A stretch of DNA of 64,000 nucleotides from a virus. The DNA lies in IMG/VR virus record IMGVR_UViG_3300018080_000001, positions 1 through 64,000 of that record, one strand, 5' to 3'. The position numbers and the translations under genes are program-made. The notes beneath the pieces were generated by a model that had not been told where the DNA came from, made no database searches, and saw only the letters and a program-made list of their open reading frames with translations. Positions 56,794 to 64,000 of this stretch are shown one piece after another. Each line of letters opens with the position of its first letter. Position 1 is the stretch's first letter.

Positions 56794-57633
56794 CTAAATA
56801 TTATCATCTCTCGTAATATTAAGACTGAATCTATCCTTGGTCATTTTCTCTACTTCAACAGACGATGAAAATTCTACAGGAACCTGACCCGATTTCTTAA
56901 GCTCTTCCCATAAATCTACGTTTAACATTTGACGAACACAATTAGCATGGCCATTGTCCAAACACCACTGGACGATTTTATTATCCTCACGCTCCAGATA
57001 CGGCTTTCCGGGCGTTCTTTTCATCAACCCTATGAAACCATAGTCCTCTAATTTAGCGTCCCCCTTACCCTCTTCTGACTCCTTACCCCGTTTAAAAATG
57101 AAGGACTCTATGATAGGTCGACACTCTTTGGATACTTTCCGAAGTTCCTTTTCAATGTCCAACTTCTTATCCCGTATTTCTACATACTTATTAGCAGCAT
57201 CTTTATAAAGTTGGATCTCTTCAGCATCAACAGTTTCTCTTCGTCCAGCCTTCGGCTTACCTCCTACAGGGGCGAGATACTTTATCTCCATTTCCCCGGA
57301 GAGTACTCTACCTTCCTCAACAGCCCATACGCAGTCTCCATTCCTGTTCACAGAAACACAAATAAGATTGACACCCTCTTGAGCCTTTACCTCTACCTCC
57401 TCATTAACTACGTGCATTCCCTTCCAAGCATATGTCTTAGGATCTTGGGACCACACATGTCCGTTTAGCATGATAGTGGAACCAACTGTAATGTGCAAAG
57501 TCTGATCAACAACAGTAGTTTCTGAATTTTTTTCCACACCAGAGTCTGCATTCACATTCGGTGTACAAACTTTCCTATGACGATCCAACCAACCTTCTCT
57601 TTTAAATTCTTTTCCACATTCACAGATAAACAT
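56794..57633 (-). CDS. Zinc finger plus coiled-coil hypothetical protein
   Basis: CECGKEF...HRKVC. Confidence 0.65.
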   Translation of the reverse strand: MFICECGKEFKREGWLDRHRKVCTPNVNADSGVEKNSETTVVDQTLHITVGSTIMLNGHVWSQDPKTYAWKGMHVVNEEVEVKAQEGVNLICVSVNRNGDCVWAVEEGRVLSGEMEIKYLAPVGGKPKAGRRETVDAEEIQLYKDAANKYVEIRDKKLDIEKELRKVSKECRPIIESFIFKRGKESEEGKGDAKLEDYGFIGLMKRTPGKPYLEREDNKIVQWCLDNGHANCVRQMLNVDLWEELKKSGQVPVEFSSSVEVEKMTKDRFSLNITRDDNI

Positions 57634-57651
57634 TTCTCTCTCCTTTTTTAT

Positions 57652-58050
57652 TTACTCTTCCTCAAAAATGGACTTGTCTACATACTTCATAGCGTCTTTA
57701 TTCTGTTTCACAGCTTCTATACAAATCTCAGGAATTTTATTTTTTACGTGTATACGTGCACGACCATCCTTCTTTACAGCTTCCATACAAATCTCTGGTG
57801 TTTGGTTTTGTACGTATTTAAGTGCCCAACCATCCTTCTTTACAGCTTCCATACAAATCTCTGGTGTTTGGTTTTGTACGTATTTAAGTGCCCAACCATT
57901 TTGTTCTACAGCAGCCATACAAATCTCTGGTGTTTGGTTTTGTATATACCTAAGCGCACAGCCATCCGCTCTCACAGCTTTTAAATCTTTCTCCTCTTGA
58001 GTTTCAGTTTCAAGAACTCCTACCTTCTTACAAAATTCACTAAACTTCAT
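57652..58050 (-). CDS. DUF4116-like 22-aa repeat protein (4 repeats)
   Basis: QNQTPEICMAAVxxxGxALxY repeats. Confidence 0.85.
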   Translation of the reverse strand: MKFSEFCKKVGVLETETQEEKDLKAVRADGCALRYIQNQTPEICMAAVEQNGWALKYVQNQTPEICMEAVKKDGWALKYVQNQTPEICMEAVKKDGRARIHVKNKIPEICIEAVKQNKDAMKYVDKSIFEEE

Positions 58051-58064
58051 TTTTTACTCCAGTA

Positions 58065-58475
58065 TTATTCTTCCTCAAAAATGGACTTGTCTACATATCT
58101 CGTAACATCTTTATTCTGTTTCACAGCTGCTATACAAATCTCTGGAGTTTGGTTTTGTATATATTGAAGCGCCCAACCATTCTGTTTCACAGCAGCCATA
58201 CAAATCTCTGGAGTTTGGTTTTGTACATATTGAAGTGCATGACCATTCTGTTTCACAGCAGCCATACAAATCTCTGGAGTTTGGTTTTGTATATATTGAA
58301 GTGCATGACCATCCTTCTTTACAGCAGCCATACAAATCTCTGGTGTTTGATTTTGTACGTATTCAAGTGCCCAACCATCCTGTTTTACAGCTTTTAAATC
58401 TTTCTCCTCTTGAGTCCCAGTATCAGGAGCTTCTACCATTTTACAAAATTCGCTAAATTTCATTTCTTCCTCCAA
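58065..58475 (-). CDS. DUF4116-like 22-aa repeat protein (4 repeats)
   Basis: Same N-cap MKFSEFCK and C-cap KSIFEEE. Confidence 0.85.
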   Translation of the reverse strand: MEEEMKFSEFCKMVEAPDTGTQEEKDLKAVKQDGWALEYVQNQTPEICMAAVKKDGHALQYIQNQTPEICMAAVKQNGHALQYVQNQTPEICMAAVKQNGWALQYIQNQTPEICIAAVKQNKDVTRYVDKSIFEEE

Positions 58476-58477
58476 AA

Positions 58478-58762
58478 TTATTCTTTGTAACCATAAGGAT
58501 CTACGATCACTTCCTCTGAATCATTCTCGTCCAATATTTTTTCCATACGATTAAGTAAGCTACGAGAAATATAAATACGGTGCAAACCCACTTCAAAGCT
58601 CAACAATACCCCTTCCTCCGGAGCCGGTTTACCAAACCCAGCTCCAGCACCTCTGATAGGACATACTAAAGTATCAGATTTATCTACTCTCTTCACCGTT
58701 ATTAGAGGTGATTTTGATTTCCTTATATTTAGATCTTCGTATTTTGTTCTTTCGTAACCCAT
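58478..58762 (-). CDS. Hypothetical protein
   Basis: 94-aa ORF with AAGGAG RBS. Confidence 0.6.
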   Translation of the reverse strand: MGYERTKYEDLNIRKSKSPLITVKRVDKSDTLVCPIRGAGAGFGKPAPEEGVLLSFEVGLHRIYISRSLLNRMEKILDENDSEEVIVDPYGYKE

Positions 58763-58781
58763 TTTATCTCTCCTTTTTTAT

Positions 58782-60020
58782 TTACTCTTCTTCAAAAATA
58801 GACTTATACACGTACTTCATAGCACCTTTATTCTGTTTCACAGCTTCTATACAAATCTCTGTAGTTTGGTTTTGTACGTATTTAAGTACGTAACCATTTT
58901 GTTTTACAGCTGCCATACAAATCTCTGGTGTTTGGTTTTGTACAAATTCAAGTGCCCAACCATCCTGCTTTACAGCTGCCATACAAATCTCTGGAGTTTG
59001 GTTTTGTACAAATTCAAGTACCCAACCATTTTGTTTTACAGCTTCTATACAAATCTCTGGTGTTTGGTTTTGTACGTACTTAAGTACCATACCATCCTGC
59101 TTTACAGCTGCTATACAAATCTCTGGTGTTTGATTTTGTACGTATTTAAGTGCGTAACCATTTTGTTTTACAGCTGCCATACAAATCTCTGGAGTTTGGT
59201 TTTGTACGTATTTAAGTGCGTAACCATTTTGTTTTACAGCTGCTATACAAATCTCTGGTGTTTGGTTTTGTACGTATTTAAGTGCCCAACCATCCCGCTT
59301 TACAGCTTCTATACAAATCTCTGGTGTTTGGTTATGTACGTATTGGAGTACGTAACCATTCTGCCTTACAGCTTCCATACAAATCTCTGGTGTTTGGTTT
59401 TGTATATATTCAAGTACCATACCATCCTGCTTTACAGCTGCCATACAAATCTCTGGAGTTTGGTTTTGTACAAATTCAAGTACCCAACCATTTTGTTTTA
59501 CAGCTGCCATACAAATCTCTGGAGTTTGGTTTTGTATATGTCGAAGTGCATAACCATTCTGTTTTACAGCTTCTATACGAATCTCTGGAGTTTGATTTTG
59601 TACATATACAAGTGCATAACCATCCTGCTTTACAGCTGCCATACAAATCTCTGGTGTTTGGTTTTGTATATATTCAAGTACCATACCATCCTGCTTTACA
59701 GCTGCCATACAAATCTCTGGAGTTTGATTTTGTACATATACAAGTACCCAACCATTTTGTTTTACAGCTGCCATACAAATCTCTGGTGTTTGGTTTTGTA
59801 TATATTCAAGTGCGTAACCATTTTGTTTTACAGCTTCTATACAAATCTCTGGTGTTTGATTTTGTACGTATTGGAGTGCCCAACCATTTTGTTTTACAGC
59901 TTTTAAATCTTTCTCCTCTTGAGTTTCAGTCTCAGGAGCTTCCACCTTCTTACAAAATTCACTAAATTTCATTTTTTCCTCCCAATTTTCCAACATTTCA
60001 TCAACTCTCATACTGTTCAT
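58782..60020 (-). CDS. DUF4116-like 22-aa repeat protein (16 repeats)
   Basis: 16 QTPEIC-type units counted. Confidence 0.88.
   Translation of the reverse strand: MNSMRVDEMLENWEEKMKFSEFCKKVEAPETETQEEKDLKAVKQNGWALQYVQNQTPEICIEAVKQNGYALEYIQNQTPEICMAAVKQNGWVLVYVQNQTPEICMAAVKQDGMVLEYIQNQTPEICMAAVKQDGYALVYVQNQTPEIRIEAVKQNGYALRHIQNQTPEICMAAVKQNGWVLEFVQNQTPEICMAAVKQDGMVLEYIQNQTPEICMEAVRQNGYVLQYVHNQTPEICIEAVKRDGWALKYVQNQTPEICIAAVKQNGYALKYVQNQTPEICMAAVKQNGYALKYVQNQTPEICIAAVKQDGMVLKYVQNQTPEICIEAVKQNGWVLEFVQNQTPEICMAAVKQDGWALEFVQNQTPEICMAAVKQNGYVLKYVQNQTTEICIEAVKQNKGAMKYVYKSIFEEE
58830..59905. repeat. 66-bp coding tandem repeat array
   Basis: atacaaatctctgg recurs every 66 bp. Confidence 0.95.
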
Positions 60021-60021
60021 A

Positions 60022-60085
60022 AATCAATATAAACCTCTTACAGCAGCTGTCAATATACTGAACCAACTTTTTTTATTTTTTTTAT
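60022..60085 (-). promoter_or_regulatory. Sigma70-type promoter with UP element
   Basis: aaaaaaagttggttcagtaTATTGACAG-...-TATATT. Confidence 0.75.
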
Positions 60086-60102
60086 ATTAGGTAGACGATA
60101 AA

Positions 60103-60495
60103 CTAAGCAGACAAACTGGCTTCCACAGATTCAACAATTAACTCGGTCTTAGTTATATTTCTTTTCGATGAAGCCTCGGACAAAGCTGTATGTACATCTT
60201 TGGGAAATGCTACTACCATCTTCACTGAAGGTTGTGGCTGATAAGACGTATCCAAAAGAATCCATACGCCTTTACCTCGTTGATACTGAGAATCAACTAC
60301 GTGCATGCCCTTCAAAATACGAAGATTATTTCCTATTTTTTCTGCTGTAATACTATTACCTGCAATATCGTACAGATTATCATTATTATTTATATAATTT
60401 AATATGTCATCTGATGACACCCACTCATCCATACTTTTCATAGATTCAATAATACAAAATCTAAGATTAGCAATAAAATTATCTTTTTCTGTCAT
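60103..60495 (-). CDS. Winged-helix plus ribbon-helix-helix DNA-binding protein
   Basis: ITAEKIGNNLRIL; MVVAFPKDVHTAL...ITKTELIVESV. Confidence 0.6.
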   Translation of the reverse strand: MTEKDNFIANLRFCIIESMKSMDEWVSSDDILNYINNNDNLYDIAGNSITAEKIGNNLRILKGMHVVDSQYQRGKGVWILLDTSYQPQPSVKMVVAFPKDVHTALSEASSKRNITKTELIVESVEASLSA

Positions 60496-60569
60496 TTTAC
60501 TTCAATTCCCCTTTCAATATTTCAAACTACATCTAAATATATCAAGATGCAAAAATAAGTCAACAAAAA

Positions 60570-61364
60570 TCATTCACCCCAAATATGAACATTATCAATT
60601 GACCAATCATAATTATCATTCCCTGTGTATTGAAAAATAATTCTGAATATATTTTTATCTAACCAAAGATACCGATCTAAATCGTGTACTTGATCTTCTC
60701 CATTACTAAAGGTAAAACTCTGTCTAATAACCCAATTGGGCTCTAATCCGGAGAATTGAACACCCACATTAGCAATATCATCAGAAGATTCTGGATCATC
60801 ATCATAATCATGTTCATACTCCAGTATTACCTTGTCGCAACCTGTCGCATCCAACCATGGAGATGCTAGTCTTACAGAAATTTTAGTACCAGATTCTTCT
60901 GAAGAAACTTCCATATAATACTCAGAAAAAATATTCAAACATTCCCAATTCCCCGTAGTATCCCATCCTGAAGAAAAACAATTACTAAAATTATCAAAAA
61001 ACTCTAAATTACAAATATCTCCTGTATCACTGTCTGTATCAGAATCTACGTCACTATCAGTATCACTGTCTGTATCACTGTCTGTATCACTGTCTGTATC
61101 ACTGTCTGTATCACTGTCTGTATCACTGTCTGTATCACTGTCAGTATCACTGTCTGTATCACTGTCTGTATCACTGTCTGTATCACTGTCTGTATCACTG
61201 TCTGTATCAGAATCTACGTCACTATCTGTATCGCTATCCGAATCTCCGTCTACATCAGAATCAACATCAGCATCAGAATCTCCCCCATCTTCCACAATAA
61301 AAGAAGAAGCCTCTTCTCCGCAGCCAAAAACCATAAAAACACAAAAAATAGTTATATAACGCAT
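60570..61364 (-). CDS. Lipoprotein with DSDT acidic linker and jelly-roll (cleaved-adhesin/MAM-like) domain
   Basis: VFGC lipobox; (DSDT)n; LASPWLD...WSIDNVHI. Confidence 0.75.
   Translation of the reverse strand: MRYITIFCVFMVFGCGEEASSFIVEDGGDSDADVDSDVDGDSDSDTDSDVDSDTDSDTDSDTDSDTDSDTDSDTDSDTDSDTDSDTDSDTDSDTDSDTDSDTDSDVDSDTDSDTGDICNLEFFDNFSNCFSSGWDTTGNWECLNIFSEYYMEVSSEESGTKISVRLASPWLDATGCDKVILEYEHDYDDDPESSDDIANVGVQFSGLEPNWVIRQSFTFSNGEDQVHDLDRYLWLDKNIFRIIFQYTGNDNYDWSIDNVHIWGE
61022..61280. repeat. 12-bp tandem repeat (tgtatcactgtc) encoding DSDT
   Basis: More than a dozen near-perfect units. Confidence 0.95.
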
Positions 61365-61399
61365 AGATCCCCTCCTTTAGCAGGACTTTTTAATAACTC

Positions 61400-61453
61400 C
61401 TAACTAAAAAATAACAATAAAAAATAATCTGTCAATATGTAAAGCTAACTTTT
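61400..61453 (-). promoter_or_regulatory. TATTGACAG promoter upstream of the lipoprotein gene
   Basis: aaaagttagctttacaTATTGACAG. Confidence 0.6.
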
Positions 61454-64000
61454 TAGAAAAATACAGGCGTCCACGAACCAAACGCATCCCAACTATCTAC
61501 TAAATTGTTATCATTACCACCAGCAGTAGAATAACTGGTAATACCAGGTATAGTATAAAGAACAGCAAAATTAACAGTATAAGACGCAACCAAAGCGTTA
61601 TTATTCGCGGTAATCCAACTAGCTCCAGTAGGAGTAGCTACACTAAAAGCTTGTGCGCTACCCGTATCATTATGAACAGTATTATCTCTAATATGTCCTC
61701 TAACATTTACCGGAGCAGCGCTCACATCAACATATAAGCCTACCCCATTACCCGAAGGGGCTATATTCCAAATTTCATTATCACCCACAGTCCATTGACC
61801 GGAATGATCATCATCTATAAAGATGTGTGTTATAAGTCCAACCCCGGATATTCCGGTATTTAACTGTCTTGTTGTATTTCCTATTATAGAAAAATCACTA
61901 CAATTTATACTTACAAAAATGTTAACACTACCGGCATAAATATTAGCACCAGCATATCCTTTCAATACCACACTATTATTTGTAATATCAAAAGAATCAC
62001 CGCTAACCCAAATACCATAACAAGCAGCCGTATTATCTACAGGATCAATCGTTACATCGTTCTCACAAATACTTTCATGTTCAACACCCGCCGTATAAAT
62101 ACCAAATCTCCCAGCTATAATCTTATTATTTCTAATAACTCCGTAATCCACTCTTCCAAAAACACCATAATGTGTGGAACCAATAGTATTACCACTAATA
62201 TCTAAATTAGTTGGACTATTTATAACAGTCTGTATGCCGTACGCTGTATTAGCAGCCGGATTAACATCTATATAAACAGTATTCTCATGAATACTTACTT
62301 CACCAACATTTAAATCCCCAGTAACAGACCTTGCATCGTAAACAATACCGTGTGTATTACTAGCCACATTTTTAGCACAAGAAACGTTATTATTGCAAAT
62401 ACGTACGCCGTTAACACTTGGTGTAGAAGTATCAGGATCATCAGGATATAGTTTCAGATATATTCCATATAAATCATTCCCCGCTTTGCTTATCTCACTA
62501 ATAGTATTATTATCTATGGATAATCCATGTATCTCCGCATCATCACCCGCCCCACTTCCAGAAATATCTACATGAATACCGTAACAATCGTTTAAACTAT
62601 ACAAATCAGTTAATTTACTTATATTATTATTATTAACAATAACACCACGAATCTCATCTAAAGTTGCACTAACCGTTACAGCAATATCAATCGCTTCAAG
62701 ATTAAGATAAGAACCACTCGCAGAATTATCCTTATACCCATCGTATATATTATTATCACAAACTTCGAAACCTGATAAAACTGTAGCCCCGCCATAGGAT
62801 GCACTAATATCTGCACGAATACCCCGTTCGTAACAACCAAATATATTATTGTTCTTTACCGAAATATAATCAGCACTTTCCAAATAAATGCCGGTACCAT
62901 TATAAATGGAATAGTTATTATCTAATGATCCATTTGTACTTTGTCTAATAACATAACCAGAAGTATTATTTCCGCTGATAAAAACTGGAGCATAAGTAAT
63001 ACCACCAATAACAGTATTGCCTGATATATTGAAATAATTACAGGCAAATAATTGTATTCCCCAATTTGTAAAACCAGAATCATACTCTACAAACACAACA
63101 TTATCTTTGATATTCACATTATCAACACCAGACAATGTAACAGCAACAACATAACTAAGCGCATCTGTTTTAGCGATAATAATATTATCCCTTATCCAGA
63201 AAAAATAGTTATTTGCAGAAGTGCTACCGATGTCTAAAAAACTTTGTGCACTCGTTTGTCCACCACCCTCAAAAATATTTCCCACAATATATACACTGTT
63301 AACATCAGTAACAGCATCAAAATTCTCAAAAATATCACCCGTACTATCTACATAATTATCAGAAATATAAACATTAGAAAGAGTGCCACCACCTAATCTA
63401 AAATTAAATATCCTATAACCATTGGAAATACCCGCAGATAAAGCAGAATATATAAACTTGCAATTATCTACTTTAGTATCATTCGCCATCAAGAAAACAT
63501 TTCCGCTATTATTAACATCGGTAATAGCCGCATTAAAACGTAAACCAGATACTCTACAACCCTCTGATAAAACCCATGCGGCAGAGCTATCTACAGCATA
63601 ATCCCACGTGATAACATCAGAATCCTTAGAAATTCCCACGACATCAACGTGTGTCGGCTGTGTTATAGGATAACCCTCATAAATAAAATTATCTCCCGTA
63701 ACCTTTATTTCAACTCGTTCCACCTGCTCACGATCCATAGTCTTGTGAACACGTGCATGTAGAAATGCAGCCCATAAATTATCAAATGCCGCTAACTTAG
63801 TTGGCGCAAGCAAAGTAGCTTTATGCCACCGTCTGTCCGCGACAGACCAATCATCTACAGGACCATTAATATTACGAGAAACATCAAGCCAACCAGTTAT
63901 AACCCCGGCAGATGCTTGCACGTAGTAAAGAGGCACACCCTTTTCCGCAAAATCCCAATCCCCACTAATATAAGGACTGTCTATATCCGCGTTCCTATTA
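61453..64000 (-). CDS. Right-handed beta-helix tailspike/depolymerase-like protein, 5' end beyond the window
   Basis: Many I.NN.I / ISGNTI parallel beta-helix repeats; the frame stays open from 63936 to the window edge. Confidence 0.8.
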   Translation of the reverse strand, partial: NRNADIDSPYISGDWDFAEKGVPLYYVQASAGVITGWLDVSRNINGPVDDWSVADRRWHKATLLAPTKLAAFDNLWAAFLHARVHKTMDREQVERVEIKVTGDNFIYEGYPITQPTHVDVVGISKDSDVITWDYAVDSSAAWVLSEGCRVSGLRFNAAITDVNNSGNVFLMANDTKVDNCKFIYSALSAGISNGYRIFNFRLGGGTLSNVYISDNYVDSTGDIFENFDAVTDVNSVYIVGNIFEGGGQTSAQSFLDIGSTSANNYFFWIRDNIIIAKTDALSYVVAVTLSGVDNVNIKDNVVFVEYDSGFTNWGIQLFACNYFNISGNTVIGGITYAPVFISGNNTSGYVIRQSTNGSLDNNYSIYNGTGIYLESADYISVKNNNIFGCYERGIRADISASYGGATVLSGFEVCDNNIYDGYKDNSASGSYLNLEAIDIAVTVSATLDEIRGVIVNNNNISKLTDLYSLNDCYGIHVDISGSGAGDDAEIHGLSIDNNTISEISKAGNDLYGIYLKLYPDDPDTSTPSVNGVRICNNNVSCAKNVASNTHGIVYDARSVTGDLNVGEVSIHENTVYIDVNPAANTAYGIQTVINSPTNLDISGNTIGSTHYGVFGRVDYGVIRNNKIIAGRFGIYTAGVEHESICENDVTIDPVDNTAACYGIWVSGDSFDITNNSVVLKGYAGANIYAGSVNIFVSINCSDFSIIGNTTRQLNTGISGVGLITHIFIDDDHSGQWTVGDNEIWNIAPSGNGVGLYVDVSAAPVNVRGHIRDNTVHNDTGSAQAFSVATPTGASWITANNNALVASYTVNFAVLYTIPGITSYSTAGGNDNNLVDSWDAFGSWTPVFF

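Noticed and set aside
58866-59965. Long plus-strand ORFs (346 and 227 aa) over the 66-bp array
   Set aside because: Antisense shadows of a repeat unit that lacks stops in those frames; no RBS or promoter; all real genes are on the minus strand
57652-60020. 66-bp repeats as a CRISPR array
   Set aside because: Contiguous in-frame coding repeats with no unique spacers; no cas genes
1-64000. Stop-codon recoding; tRNA/rRNA genes; inteins or introns in PolA, DnaB, RecA
   Set aside because: Core genes are full length in the standard code with TAA, TAG and TGA all used as stops; no cloverleaf or intein motifs seen by eye (tRNAscan-SE not run)

Overview
AT-rich 64-kb segment of what is almost certainly a large (jumbo-type) dsDNA bacteriophage. 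Essentially every credible gene is on the minus strand, and the standard genetic code fits. In transcription order (right to left): a truncated beta-helix tailspike, a DSDT-repeat lipoprotein and three paralogous 22-aa-repeat (DUF4116-like) proteins. Next is a large DNA metabolism block: family-4 UDG, stand-alone TSCPD/NrdJ C-terminal domain, N6-adenine MTase, SNF2 helicase, MazG-like protein, DnaC-like loader, DnaB, DnaG, sigma-like factor, beta-clamp-like protein, PolA, lysozyme-like protein, DnaX, gp32-like SSB, RecA, SbcD/SbcC, DUF5051 exonuclease, RusA and a trigger-factor homolog. Then comes a block of acidic, modular putative virion-internal proteins punctuated by a basic-x-A-Q motif. 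The left 17 kb is accessory: about 23 divergent 50-90 aa microproteins starting M-K-x-x-G-K, partly joined by a 36-bp dyad DNA linker that has stop codons in all three frames. All family assignments come from motifs recognised by eye; no database searches were run. No tRNA, rRNA, CRISPR array or transposase was recognised.
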